The notes: generated by a model not told the origin, from the letters alone. DNA of 58,014 bases from an uncultured Ectothiorhodospiraceae bacterium (GCA_947258845.1 CAMYJZ010000003.1:1-58014); one strand, 5' to 3'. Shown: positions 1 through 10,892, counted from the stretch's first letter. Program-made: numbers and translations.

Positions 1-129
1 GACCGGGGCCAGGGTGGCGAATTTCAGCTCATAGGTCTTTTCGGCCATGACCGGCAGGCTGACGGACAGGACGAGACAACACCCGATGCAGGTGATGATA
101 TTACGTACCCATCGCGAGTAACTGCGCAT
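1..129 (-). CDS. TRAP/TPAT substrate-binding protein (DctP/TatP-like), 5' part only, runs off window
   Basis: Hand translation from ATG 129: MRSYSRWVRNIITCIGCCLVLSVSLPVMAEKTYELKFATLAPV. This is a signal peptide followed by the K-x-ATLAP motif typical of DctP/TatP N-termini. The start overlaps the tatT stop (TGATG). Confidence 0.75.
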   Translation of the reverse strand, partial: MRSYSRWVRNIITCIGCCLVLSVSLPVMAEKTYELKFATLAPV

Positions 130-1013
130 CAAAACCAGTCATCCTCCGATTTAATCAGGATGCCGGCACGCTGCCTGGCAATGCTGTTTATTAACGCCAG
201 ATCCGGGTTGAGGTTAACGGGCGACTCCAGGATGCGCGTCAGGCGTGTGTGGAAGGCGTCCCGGTCCAGGCGTTGCCTGGCCAGGTATTCGGCGTAGAGC
301 AGGTCGACCAGTAGCAGTTGTTCCCGGTTGATTTCGTGGGCCCGCCTGAAGTGCTGCTCCGATCGCTCGAAGTCGCCGCCGAACAGGGGTGAACGGCCAC
401 CGTAATAGACACCGAAGAACAGGTGGGCCCCGCCATAATAGAAGGTCTCGTCAAGTTCGAGCACGCGGCGCATCAGGATCGCGGTACTGGAGAGCTCGGC
501 GATCCCGGCAGGGTTGTCACGGTTCAGGTTGATCCAGTTGCCCAGGCAGGAGGCGGACCAGAACAGCGCAGGCACGGCCGCCTTCCCGGCACCGGCGACC
601 GCGGCCTCGAGTTCATTCTCCGGACTTGCCTCGGGATCCAGCGACACCCCGGACTGTGCCAGGGCCAGGTGGGCGTGCTCGTAGCAGCGGCGATAAAGCT
701 GTTTTGCCCGTTCCCTGTCCTCGAGCTCGACAAAGCCGTAGGCATAGCCGTAGAAGCCCTCGGCCGCATACAGTCGCAGTGTCCGGTTGCCGGGGTCCTC
801 GACGAGCATGCCTTCCAGCAGCTTGAGATTGGCCGGTATGGCGGCCCTTGCCAGGTCCAGGTCGGTTTCCCGGTTCATGGCGACAACGCTGCTGTCGAGG
901 ATGGTCTGGGTGCCGCGTACCACCATGGTGCCCATGGAGCAGGCGGACAGCAACAGCAGTGGCAGCAGTGCGCCGCAGAGGCGTTGCAGGCGGTTGTTCG
1001 CGGGGAATCGCAT
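129..1013 (-). CDS. TRAP transporter TatT-component family lipoprotein (TPR-like)
   Basis: Lipobox LLLSAC; motifs ETDLDLARAAIPANLKLLEG, ELDETFYYGGAH and FGGD..RS..HF.RA; adjacent to a DctP-like gene. Start at 1013 or 1031. Confidence 0.8.
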   Translation of the reverse strand: MRFPANNRLQRLCGALLPLLLLSACSMGTMVVRGTQTILDSSVVAMNRETDLDLARAAIPANLKLLEGMLVEDPGNRTLRLYAAEGFYGYAYGFVELEDRERAKQLYRRCYEHAHLALAQSGVSLDPEASPENELEAAVAGAGKAAVPALFWSASCLGNWINLNRDNPAGIAELSSTAILMRRVLELDETFYYGGAHLFFGVYYGGRSPLFGGDFERSEQHFRRAHEINREQLLLVDLLYAEYLARQRLDRDAFHTRLTRILESPVNLNPDLALINSIARQRAGILIKSEDDWF

Positions 1014-1041
1014 GCCGTTTACTGAGTTCATTATGATTATC

Positions 1042-2184
<1,143 letters not shown>

Positions 2185-2529
2185 TCAGGGAAACAGTTGC
2201 GCATACTGATCATCTTTGAAGCCGACATAATGCCGTTTGTCGATCGCCAGCACGGGGCGCCTGATCAGGGTAGGGTGCTTCAGCATCAGGTCGAGGGCCG
2301 TGGCACGGTCGAGCCCGTCACGCTGCGTCGCCGGCAATTGCCGCCAGGTGGTGCTGCGGCGGTTGAGCAGGGCCTCCCAGCCGAGGTCTTCTACCCAGGG
2401 CATCAGCAGTTTTCTGCTGATGCCGTCGGTGCGGAAATCGTGGAACCGGTGCTCGATGTCATGGTCCGCAAGCCAGCGCCGCGCCTTCCGGACGGTGTCG
2501 CAGTTGTTGATGCCGTACAGCGTTACCAT
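2185..2529 (-). CDS. yffB: ArsC/Spx family reductase (YffB-like)
   Basis: YGINNCDTVRKARRWL, LLNRRSTTWR, HPTLIRRPVL; conserved position upstream of dapE. Confidence 0.9.
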   Translation of the reverse strand: MVTLYGINNCDTVRKARRWLADHDIEHRFHDFRTDGISRKLLMPWVEDLGWEALLNRRSTTWRQLPATQRDGLDRATALDLMLKHPTLIRRPVLAIDKRHYVGFKDDQYAQLFP

Positions 2530-2593
2530 GTATGGATAAACCCACATTATTCACCGCAGAGGCGCGGAGGGCGCAGAGTAAAAATCTAGTTAA

Positions 2594-2723
2594 AGAAGCA
2601 CTGTTTAATTCGAGTATCACGTCATAGCGAGCGTAGCGAAGCAATCTCCCAACAGTTATCTCAATGGTTTGTAGATTGCTTCGTCACTTTGTTTCTCGCA
2701 ATGACGAATTAATCAGGGTTTCC
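2594..2723. mobile_element. putative IS5-like MITE with TTAA target-site duplication
   Basis: TTAA at 2590-2593 and 2724-2727. Terminal IRs agaagcactgtttaattcg (2594-2612) and revcomp ggaaaccctgattaattcg (2705-2723) match at 15/19. No transposase. Confidence 0.6.
2620..2706. repeat. REP/RPE-like palindromic element (GTCATWGCGAG...CGAAGCAATCT type)
   Basis: Outer stem cgtcatagcgag (2620-2631)/ctcgcaatgacg (2695-2706), 11/12; inner perfect stem cgaagcaatct (2637-2647)/agattgcttcg (2673-2683). Confidence 0.8.
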
Positions 2724-2786
2724 TTAATCTTGCCGAGTTTTCATCAGTATTGCTCTGCGTTCTCCGCGCCTCCGCGGTGAGATTTC

Positions 2787-3608
2787 TTAAATATCCCGCA
2801 GCAATTCGTTGATGCCGACCTTGGAGCGGGTCTTTTCGTCCACGCGCTTGACGATGACGGCGCAGTAGAGGCTGTACTTGCCGTCCTTGGACGGCAGGTT
2901 GCCCGAGACCACGACCGAACCCGCCGGTACCCGCCCATAGAGGATCTCGTCGGTGGTGCGGTCGTAGATGCGCGTGCTCTGGCCGATATACACACCCATG
3001 GAGATTACCGAGCCTTCCTCGACAATCACGCCTTCAACCACTTCGGAGCGGGCGCCGATAAAACAATTGTCTTCGATAATGGTGGGACTGGCCTGTACCG
3101 GTTCGAGGACACCGCCGATTCCGACACCACCCGACAGGTGGACGTTCTTGCCGATCTGGGCACAGGAGCCCACCGTTGACCAGGTGTCCACCATGGTGCC
3201 GCTGTCGACGTAGGCGCCGATGTTGACATAGGAAGGCATAAGAATGGCACCCGGAGCAATGAAGGCACCCTTGCGCGCCGTGGCCGGCGGGACGACCCGC
3301 ACCCCGCCCTCGCGGAATTCGCGTGAGTTGGTGTCCGCGTACTTGGAAGGAACCTTGTCGTAGTAGTTGGTGAAGCCGCCCTTGATGAAGGCGTTGTCCT
3401 CGATGCGGAAGGACAGCAACACCGCCTTCTTGAGCCAGTCATTAACCACCCACTCGCCATCCTGCTTCTCTGCAACCCGGGCGACGCCGCGATCAAGCAG
3501 ATCGATGGCCTCCAGGGTGGCTTCCTTTACATGCGTCTCCACACTGCGCGGGGTAATGTCCGCGCGCCGTTCAAAGGCTTCCTCGATCGTGGCCTGAATG
3601 TCACTCAT
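2787..3608 (-). CDS. dapD: 2,3,4,5-tetrahydropyridine-2,6-dicarboxylate N-succinyltransferase
   Basis: [42 protein letters not shown]; 273 aa. Confidence 0.98.
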   Translation of the reverse strand: MSDIQATIEEAFERRADITPRSVETHVKEATLEAIDLLDRGVARVAEKQDGEWVVNDWLKKAVLLSFRIEDNAFIKGGFTNYYDKVPSKYADTNSREFREGGVRVVPPATARKGAFIAPGAILMPSYVNIGAYVDSGTMVDTWSTVGSCAQIGKNVHLSGGVGIGGVLEPVQASPTIIEDNCFIGARSEVVEGVIVEEGSVISMGVYIGQSTRIYDRTTDEILYGRVPAGSVVVSGNLPSKDGKYSLYCAVIVKRVDEKTRSKVGINELLRDI

Positions 3609-3662
3609 GCTGCGTTTGCTCCCTTAAGTCCAAGATTTCTGTCAGCTATTTATGATAACTGC

Positions 3663-4859
3663 CTACAGGCTGACAAGATACGATTTAATGCGCTGCGCGG
3701 CCTCTATGCAGTCTTCCAGCGGGGCGACCAGCGCCATGCGCACATGCCGGTTCCCCGGATTGATGCCGGCAGCCGTGCGTGACAGGTAACTGCCCGGCAG
3801 CACACTGACATTCTGTTGTTCCAGCAGGCCACGGGCGAATTCACAGTCATCGATGGGGGTGACCGGCCAGAGATAGAAGCCGGCCGGCGGTTGCTGCACA
3901 TCGAGGAGCGGCGCCAGGATCCCGAGCAGCGCCGAGAATTTCTCCCGGTAGAGTGCGCGGTTGGCGGCGACATGGGCCTCGTCCTCCCAGGCGCGGATGC
4001 TGGCGGCCTGGGTCGCCGGTGGCATGGCGCAGCCGTGGTAGGTGCGGTAGCGCAGGAACGCCTCGATCAGCCGGGCATCACCGGCCACGAAGCCGGAGCG
4101 CAGGCCGGGGGCATTGGAACGCTTCGAGAGACTGTGAAACACCATGCAGCGGCTGAAGTCAGTGCGACCCATGGCCGCGGCGGCCTGCAGCAGCCCGGGC
4201 GGGGCGGCGGACTCGTCCAGGTAGATTTCCGAGTAACATTCATCCGAGGCGATGGTAAAGTCATGCCGGTCGGCGAGCTGGATCAGTTTCTGCAGGGAAG
4301 CGATGTCCATGACCGCGCCGGTCGGGTTGGCGGGCGTGCAGATGTAGACCAGCTGGCAGCGCGACCAGACGGACTCGGGGATGCTGTCCAGGTCCGGCAG
4401 GTAGCCGCTGGCCGCCGTGGTGTTCATGAACACCGGTTCGGCGCCGGCCAGCAAAGCGGCCCCTTCGTAGATCTGGTAAAACGGGTTGGGCATCAGCACG
4501 AGCGGGTCCCTGGTCCGGTCCACCACGCATTGCGCGAATGCGAACAGGGCCTCGCGCGTGCCATTCACCGGGAGAATGTGACGCTCCGGATCAAGGCTGT
4601 CGCCGGGGAGCGCGAAGCGCCGGCTCAGCCAGGTCGCGATCGCGGTGCGCAGTGCAGGTATCCCGCGCGTAGCCGGGTAGTTGGACAGTCCGTGCAGGTG
4701 GGTGATGACCTCTTCCGTGATAAATCCGGGCGTGGGGTGTTTGGGTTCTCCGATGGACAGCGCGATGGGTTCCAGGTCCCCGGGTGCGGTGACACCGGCA
4801 TTCAGCCGGGCCAGGCGTTCGAACGGGTAGGGTTGCAGGCGTGACAGGTCGGGGTTCAT
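3663..4859 (-). CDS. dapC: succinyldiaminopimelate transaminase
   Basis: MNPDLSRLQPYPFE, SDECYSEIY, FHSLSKRSN (PLP Lys), YRTYHGCAM. Confidence 0.93.
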   Translation of the reverse strand: MNPDLSRLQPYPFERLARLNAGVTAPGDLEPIALSIGEPKHPTPGFITEEVITHLHGLSNYPATRGIPALRTAIATWLSRRFALPGDSLDPERHILPVNGTREALFAFAQCVVDRTRDPLVLMPNPFYQIYEGAALLAGAEPVFMNTTAASGYLPDLDSIPESVWSRCQLVYICTPANPTGAVMDIASLQKLIQLADRHDFTIASDECYSEIYLDESAAPPGLLQAAAAMGRTDFSRCMVFHSLSKRSNAPGLRSGFVAGDARLIEAFLRYRTYHGCAMPPATQAASIRAWEDEAHVAANRALYREKFSALLGILAPLLDVQQPPAGFYLWPVTPIDDCEFARGLLEQQNVSVLPGSYLSRTAAGINPGNRHVRMALVAPLEDCIEAAQRIKSYLVSL

Positions 4860-4969
4860 GCAGGTTCGGCTTCGTGGTTGATGGTATGTTTTCGGGAGTG
4901 ATATGAAACACGATGGTGGCGGGCAATATTCTGTCACTGCCTGTTTCCGTTGAAATTATACGGTATGCG

Positions 4970-5857
4970 ATGAACACGGCCAAACAACCACGTCCGCTGC
5001 TTCCGGTGATCAGCCTGCTGTTCACGGCGACCCTGTGGGGGATCGTCTGGTATCCCCTGCGCCTGCTCGAGGCGCAGGGCCTGGCCGGGCTCTGGAGCGC
5101 CGCGATCAGCTATGGCGCGGCCCTGGTGGTCTGTGTCTGGGTCTTCGGGCGGGAGCGGCGGGCACTGCAGGAGAATCTCCTTTATCTCGCCCTGATGGGG
5201 CTCGCGGCCGGCTGGTGCAATGTCGCCTTCATCATGGCGGTGCTGGACGGCACCGTGGTGCGCGTGCTGCTGCTGTTTTACCTGTCCCCCTTCTGGGCGG
5301 TCTGTCTCGGCTGGTTGATGCTGGGCGAGCGCCTGGATGGCAAGTCCTTGCTGGTCTTCGTCATCGCCATCAGCGGGGCTGTGGTCATGCTCTGGGACGA
5401 GACCATCGGCATGCCCTGGCCGCGCAACGAGGCCGACTGGCTGGCGGTTTCCTCCGGGTTCGCCTTTGCACTGAGCAATGTCTATGTACGCAAGATGCAC
5501 CACGTGGGTGTCTGGCTCAAGTCGGTCAGTAGCTGGTTGGGTGTGGTGCTGGTGGCCGTTGCCTGGATAGCGTTCAGCCATGCCGGGCTGCCGGCAATCG
5601 GCAGTGGTGTATTGCTCGCGGCCATCGCCCTGGGTCTGTTCGGATTCCTGGTCATGACCGTCGCCGTCCAGTACGGCGTCTCGCACATGCCGGTGCACCG
5701 TTCGGCCGTTATCCTGCTGTTCGAACTGGTCGTCGGTGCGGTTTCCGCGCTGCTGTTGACGGACGAGGTGGTGCTTGTCCGCGAATGGGTCGGTGGCATC
5801 ATGATCGTCACGGCGGCCTACCTGGCGGCGCACATCCATGCGAGTGATACGGCCTGA
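4970..5857 (+). CDS. DMT/EamA family transporter
   Basis: About 10 hydrophobic segments in two EamA-like halves; LLFYLSPFW and AVILLFELVVG motifs. Confidence 0.88.
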   Translation: MNTAKQPRPLLPVISLLFTATLWGIVWYPLRLLEAQGLAGLWSAAISYGAALVVCVWVFGRERRALQENLLYLALMGLAAGWCNVAFIMAVLDGTVVRVLLLFYLSPFWAVCLGWLMLGERLDGKSLLVFVIAISGAVVMLWDETIGMPWPRNEADWLAVSSGFAFALSNVYVRKMHHVGVWLKSVSSWLGVVLVAVAWIAFSHAGLPAIGSGVLLAAIALGLFGFLVMTVAVQYGVSHMPVHRSAVILLFELVVGAVSALLLTDEVVLVREWVGGIMIVTAAYLAAHIHASDTA

Positions 5858-6234
5858 TGGCGGGACTCGGCATACATCACGTCAGCGTACTGGTCAGTGA
5901 CACCCGGCGTGCACTGGAATTTTATCACGGCGTCCTGGGTTTGCCTCTGGAACTCAGTCGGCCGGATACGGGTTTCCCCGGGGCCTGGCTGCGCATCGGG
6001 CAGCAGCAGCTGCACCTGCTCGAGTTGCCGGAACCGCTGGCCGCCAGCCGGGCGACCGGCCATGGCGGTCGAGACCATCATTTCGCCATGCTGGTCAACG
6101 ACCTCGACGGCCTGCGCCAGGCACTGGAGGTGCATGGCATAGCGTACACAACGAGCCGCTCGGGGCGCCGCGCCCTGTTCTGCCGTGACCCTGACGGTAA
6201 TGCGGTGGAAATCGTCGAGCAGGAAGTGACTTAG
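5857..6234 (+). CDS. VOC/glyoxalase family protein
   Basis: IHHVSVLV, QLHLLE, DHHFA, FCRDPDGNAVE motifs. Confidence 0.9.
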   Translation: MAGLGIHHVSVLVSDTRRALEFYHGVLGLPLELSRPDTGFPGAWLRIGQQQLHLLELPEPLAASRATGHGGRDHHFAMLVNDLDGLRQALEVHGIAYTTSRSGRRALFCRDPDGNAVEIVEQEVT

Positions 6235-8945
6235 TGGAACAGGGGCAGTGACTCGCCCTGCTTGTTTTCGAGGTGCTTATGCAGTGCCTTTTCCAGGCAC
6301 TCGATCTGGCCGGCATCCTCGATGGGGCGGTTATGGCGATCGGTGATATAAAACACATCCTCGGCCCGTGATCCCAGGGTGATGATCTTTGCGTTCAGCA
6401 ACCTCACCTTGCATTCCATGAAGGCCTTGCCGACCTGCGACAGCAGGCCGGGGTGGTCCGTGGTGATCAGTTCCATGATAGTGCGGCTATCCGTCTCGTC
6501 GCGCTTGAGCTCGATGTGGGTCTGAATCTGGAAATGGCGGTACTCACGCGGCGTCCTGCGTGATACGTGCCATTCATCACGTCCGCCATTCCCGATTTCC
6601 CGGAGCAGGGCGCTGCGGATCTCGTCCACGCGCAGGTCATCGCCCGCCGGCTCGCCGGAGGCCTCGAGTACGTGGAAGGTGTTCAGTACATGGCCATCAC
6701 GGGTGGTGATGATGCCGGCATCGACCACATCCAGCCCCAGCTGGTCGAGTACCGCGGTGATCAGGGTGAACAAGTCGTCCGAGGCGCGGGCATAGATGAA
6801 TATCTCCGTGCTGCCGCGTTCGGTGATCGGTTGCAGGCTGACTATACAGGCGCTGTCATCCTTATGCCCGGCGAGCAGGCGGGTATGCCAGGCGACCTGG
6901 TCGGATGTGTGGCGCTGAAAATATTCCTCATCGAGGTTCTGCCACAGTTCATCGGGTTGCTCGACCGGTGGCTCGATAGTGGTTAGCAGCCGGCGTGCCT
7001 GCTGCTGCACTTGCTGGATATGCTCGGCCCGTTCCAGCGGGTCCCGCAGGCCGCGCTGCAGCGCGCGCCGGGTACTGTAGTAGAGCTGGCTGAGCAGGGT
7101 GCCTTTCCAGTTGTTCCACAGGTCCGGATTGGTGCCCCGGATATCGCACACGGTTAGCAGGTAGAGGTAATCGAGTCGCACCGGGTCCTCGACCTGGCGT
7201 GCAAAGCGGTTGATTACGACCGGGTCGCTGATGTCCTCGCGCTGCGCCACGGAGGACATCGTCAGGTGCCTGTCCACCAGCCAGGCGACCAGGCGTGTGT
7301 CGTAGCTGCTGAGGTGATGCCTGTGGCAGAATTCACGGGCATCCTCCGCGCCCTGCGTGGAGTGATCGCCGCCGCGACCCTTGGCGATATCATGGAAGAG
7401 GCCGGCCAGGTAAAGCACTTCGGGTTTCGGAAGGGTCTTGATAATACGGCTGCACAGGGGCAGTTCATCCGCGTACTCGGGTATGGTCAGGCGGCGCATG
7501 TTGCGTACCACGAACAGGATATGCTCGTCGACCGTGTAGGCATGAAACAGGTCGTACTGCATAAGCCCGGTGATCTTCTCGAATGCCGGTATGTAGGCCG
7601 CGAGTATCCCGTACATGTTCATTTGTCTCAGCACATGCGTAACACCTCTGGGCTGCTTCAGGATTTCCATGAACAGGCTTCTGGCGCGGATGTCATCGCG
7701 AAACTCGTCGTCGATCAGGTGACAGTGTTTACGGATGGCGCGGATGGTATCGGCGCGTATGCCCTTCAACTCAGGGTTTTGCTCGAGCAGCAGGAAGATC
7801 TCCAGCAGTGCGAAGGGGTAGTTCCGGAAAACATTTGCATCAACAATCTCCAGGTAGCCGTTTCGTGCCAGGAAACGCCTGTTGATCCGCTCGCTTTCAG
7901 CGCTGCCTTCCGGGAACAGGATCTCCTCCTGGAACAGCTGCAGCAGCATCTCGTTGAGGCGGCTCAGTTCCATGACGGTCCGGTAGTACTGCTTCATGAA
8001 GGCCTCGACGCCCAGGCTGTCCTCCTGGTCACGGTAGCCGAACTGTTCGGCCAGGGTCCGCTGGTAGTCGAACAGCAGGCGGTCCTCGCTGCGTCCGGTC
8101 AGGGTGTGCAGGGCAAACCTTATTTCCCAGATGAAATTCCGGCCTTCCACCAGGGTGTGAAACTCGTCCGCGGTCAAAAACCCGTGCTTGACGAGATCCT
8201 CGAGCAGTCCAGAGCCAAAGTGCCGGTTGGTTACCCAGGCGATCATCTGGATGTCACGCAGACCGCCGGGGCTTTCCTTGACGTTGGGCTCCAGTTTATA
8301 GGCGGTGTCGTGGTATTTGTGATGGCGCCTGATTTGCTCGGCGTGTTTTTCCTTGAAATAATCAGTGCTGTTCCAGATTCTTTCGGGGGCCACGCTGGCG
8401 TGCATTTCCCGGAACAGGTCCTCGTTACCGGTCAGCAGCCGGGCCTCCATCAGATTGGTGATGACGGTGATGTCGGCAAGTGACTGCTCGATGCATTCAT
8501 TGATGGTGCGTACACTGTGCCCTACCTCAAGGCCGATATCCCAGAGAAATATGAGCAGGAATTCCAGTTGCGAATTGAACTGCTCGTCGTGTGTTTCGGG
8601 CAGCAGGATCATGAGGTCGATATCCGAGCCGGGCATCAGTTCGCCACGTCCGTAGCCGCCCACGGCGATGAAGGCAGCGCTGCCGGCGTCGGCACCCATG
8701 AATCTGTCCCAGGCGCGCATCAGTACCTGGTCGACCAGCCAGGAGCGTGCCTCTATCAGGGTCGGGGCTCCGACCCCGTCTTCAAACCTGTTTTTCAGTG
8801 TGGCCTGGCTGTGTGCAAGGAACTGTTTGAATACCGGCAGCGGGGAGTCGGTGGTGGCGAGTTCGGCATCCAGCCCCGGCGTGCCGAACCAGGCTTCATA
8901 GCGTTCCGAGATGTTCACTGCGCTGACAGGACTAGATTTCGTCAC
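6231..8945 (-). CDS. glnD: [protein-PII] uridylyltransferase
   Basis: AVGGYGRGEL..SDIDL, EPNVKESPGGLRD, HD motif (LFHDIAKGRGGDHS), two C-terminal ACT domains; downstream of map. Confidence 0.96.
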   Translation of the reverse strand: MTKSSPVSAVNISERYEAWFGTPGLDAELATTDSPLPVFKQFLAHSQATLKNRFEDGVGAPTLIEARSWLVDQVLMRAWDRFMGADAGSAAFIAVGGYGRGELMPGSDIDLMILLPETHDEQFNSQLEFLLIFLWDIGLEVGHSVRTINECIEQSLADITVITNLMEARLLTGNEDLFREMHASVAPERIWNSTDYFKEKHAEQIRRHHKYHDTAYKLEPNVKESPGGLRDIQMIAWVTNRHFGSGLLEDLVKHGFLTADEFHTLVEGRNFIWEIRFALHTLTGRSEDRLLFDYQRTLAEQFGYRDQEDSLGVEAFMKQYYRTVMELSRLNEMLLQLFQEEILFPEGSAESERINRRFLARNGYLEIVDANVFRNYPFALLEIFLLLEQNPELKGIRADTIRAIRKHCHLIDDEFRDDIRARSLFMEILKQPRGVTHVLRQMNMYGILAAYIPAFEKITGLMQYDLFHAYTVDEHILFVVRNMRRLTIPEYADELPLCSRIIKTLPKPEVLYLAGLFHDIAKGRGGDHSTQGAEDAREFCHRHHLSSYDTRLVAWLVDRHLTMSSVAQREDISDPVVINRFARQVEDPVRLDYLYLLTVCDIRGTNPDLWNNWKGTLLSQLYYSTRRALQRGLRDPLERAEHIQQVQQQARRLLTTIEPPVEQPDELWQNLDEEYFQRHTSDQVAWHTRLLAGHKDDSACIVSLQPITERGSTEIFIYARASDDLFTLITAVLDQLGLDVVDAGIITTRDGHVLNTFHVLEASGEPAGDDLRVDEIRSALLREIGNGGRDEWHVSRRTPREYRHFQIQTHIELKRDETDSRTIMELITTDHPGLLSQVGKAFMECKVRLLNAKIITLGSRAEDVFYITDRHNRPIEDAGQIECLEKALHKHLENKQGESLPLFH

Positions 8946-9699
8946 CGGGCAGGCAGGTCAGTACCTCGCGCCCGGTTTCCGTGACAAGGAGGGTGTGTTC
9001 CCACTGGGCCGACAGGCTGTGGTCCTTGGTAACTACCGTCCAGCCATCGGGCAGCAGTTTGGTGTGGCGTTTGCCGGCGTTCACCATCGGCTCGATGGTG
9101 AAGGTCATGCCGGGCTCGAGTGTCATCCCGGTACCGGGTTTCCCGTAATGCAGGACCTGGGGATCCTCATGGAATTCGCGTCCGATGCCATGCCCACAGT
9201 ACTCGCGCACAATTGAGCAGTTGTTGGCCTCGGCGTGTGACTGGATGGCGTGGCCGATATCGCCCAGTCTGACCCCGGGCTTGACCATGTCAATGCCGAT
9301 GAGCAGGCATTCATGGCTGATACGTGCCAGGCGTTTGCTGGCTACCCCGGGTTCACCGACAAAAAATATCTTGCTGGTATCGCCGTGGAATCCGTCCTTG
9401 ATCACGGTGATGTCGATGTTCACCATGTCGCCTTTCTTGAGGGTCTTGGTGGAAGGGATCCCGTGGCAGACGACATGGTTGACGGAGGTGCAGATAGATT
9501 TCGGGAAGCCGCGGTAGTTCAGTGGGGCGGGAACCGCCCGCTGTTCGTTGACAATGTAGTCATGGCAGATCCGGTCGAGCTCCCCGGTGGTGATCCCCGG
9601 CCTGACATGGGGGGCAATCATGCGCAGCACCTCGCCGGCTAGGCGGCCGGCAAGCCGCATTTTTTCTATCTCGGGTGGTGTTTTGATGGTGACAGCCAT
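8932..9699 (-). CDS. map: methionine aminopeptidase type I
   Basis: CHGIP, DGFHGDTS, GHGIG..FHE, FTIEPM, SAQWEHT. Confidence 0.98.
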   Translation of the reverse strand: MAVTIKTPPEIEKMRLAGRLAGEVLRMIAPHVRPGITTGELDRICHDYIVNEQRAVPAPLNYRGFPKSICTSVNHVVCHGIPSTKTLKKGDMVNIDITVIKDGFHGDTSKIFFVGEPGVASKRLARISHECLLIGIDMVKPGVRLGDIGHAIQSHAEANNCSIVREYCGHGIGREFHEDPQVLHYGKPGTGMTLEPGMTFTIEPMVNAGKRHTKLLPDGWTVVTKDHSLSAQWEHTLLVTETGREVLTCLPGDEI

Positions 9700-9771
9700 A
9701 TAACTTACTGATTCCCCGGCGCCAATTCCAGGCGCGCGCTGTGTGCTGAGATTGCCGCTGGGGGGAGTGTA

Positions 9772-9787
9772 TGGTATAAAGGCGGGC
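9772..9787 (+). promoter_or_regulatory. rpsB extended -10 promoter with GC-rich discriminator
   Basis: TGGTATAAA followed by GGCGGGC, matching the known conserved gammaproteobacterial rpsB promoter layout. Confidence 0.7.
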
Positions 9788-9827
9788 TTGTTAAGCGGCC
9801 CATTCGGGGTTGCTTCGCAAAATTAAA

Positions 9828-9925
9828 TTCACACATGTGCCGGCACATGCAGCAGGGTGCCTGGCGGCCTTTGATTACGGCTGCCGGGTTGCTGTCATGG
9901 GGTACATGGAAGCCTAACCCGAAAT
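9828..9925 (+). ncRNA. rpsB 5' leader (t44 / S2 autoregulatory element)
   Basis: CACAC..., GGGTG and GGGGTACATGGAAGCCTAACC blocks between the promoter and rpsB resemble the t44 family; boundaries approximate. Confidence 0.65.
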
Positions 9926-9938
9926 TGGAGAAATATTG

Positions 9939-10892
9939 ATGGCAAATGTCACCATGCGCCAGATGCTTGAGGCTGGCGTGCACTTTGGTCACCAGACCCG
10001 TTACTGGAACCCGAAGATGGCCCCCTACATCTTCGGCGAGCGCGGCAAGATTCATATCGTCAACCTCGAAAAGACCCTTCCCCTTTTCAACGATGCAATG
10101 AACTACATCAGCAGCCTGGTAGCAAACGGCGGCACGATATTGTTTGTCGGCACCAAGCGGTCTGCTCAGAATCCTGTGCGCGAACAGGCCGAGCGTTGTG
10201 GAATGCCCTATGTCAATCACCGCTGGCTGGGTGGCATGCTGACCAACTACAAGACCGTGCGTCAGTCGATCAAGCGCCTCAAGGACCTCGAAGGCATGGA
10301 GGAGGATGGTTCCATCGCCAGGCTCAGCAAGAAAGAGGGCCTGATGTTGCAGCGCGAACAGGAAAAGCTCGAGCGCAGCCTGGGCGGTATCAAGAACATG
10401 AGCGGTATTCCCGATGCCATGTTCGTGGTCGATGTCGGCCACGAGAAAATTGCGATTAGCGAGGCTATCAAGCTGGGTATTCCCGTTGTCGGTGTCGTGG
10501 ACACCAACAATTCAATCGCCGGTGTCGACTATGTGATTCCCGGAAATGATGATGCAATACGTTCCATCAAGCTCTACGTTGAGGGCGCGGCAGACGCGGT
10601 TGAGACCGGTCGTCTTAGCGTCGCGAGAATTGCCACCGGGTCGGAAGACGAATTCGTGGAGCTGGATGATGGCGGGCGCACGGCACCGAAAAAGGCGACC
10701 CGGACGACACGCAAAAAGACCACCAGCAAGGTGACGGTAAAGAAAAAGGCCGCTGCCGGCGCACCGGTCGAAGCGGCTGCAGACGAGGCCCCTGCAGAGA
10801 AGCCTGCAGAGAAGCCTGCTGATGAGCCGGCGACCGACAGCGCGATAGCGGATGCGGCGGAAACCAGCAGCGAAGACAAGGGTGAAGCATAA
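9939..10892 (+). CDS. rpsB: 30S ribosomal protein S2 (long C-terminal tail)
   Basis: [37 protein letters not shown]. Confidence 0.98.
   Translation: MANVTMRQMLEAGVHFGHQTRYWNPKMAPYIFGERGKIHIVNLEKTLPLFNDAMNYISSLVANGGTILFVGTKRSAQNPVREQAERCGMPYVNHRWLGGMLTNYKTVRQSIKRLKDLEGMEEDGSIARLSKKEGLMLQREQEKLERSLGGIKNMSGIPDAMFVVDVGHEKIAISEAIKLGIPVVGVVDTNNSIAGVDYVIPGNDDAIRSIKLYVEGAADAVETGRLSVARIATGSEDEFVELDDGGRTAPKKATRTTRKKTTSKVTVKKKAAAGAPVEAAADEAPAEKPAEKPADEPATDSAIADAAETSSEDKGEA

Larger units (their letters stand above)
2550..2781. repeat. CGCAGAG-triplet inverted-repeat element, copy 1 (with nested inserts)
   Basis: Left arm 2550-2578 ttcaccgcagaggcgcggagggcgcagag; right arm 2753-2781, reverse complement ctcaccgcggaggcgcggagaacgcagag. 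Confidence 0.9.

Noticed and set aside
2655-2672. IHF-like sites within repeat spacers (also near 51692)
   Set aside because: They mismatch the WATCARNNNNTTR consensus, are expected by chance in AT-rich DNA, and are not present in all copies.
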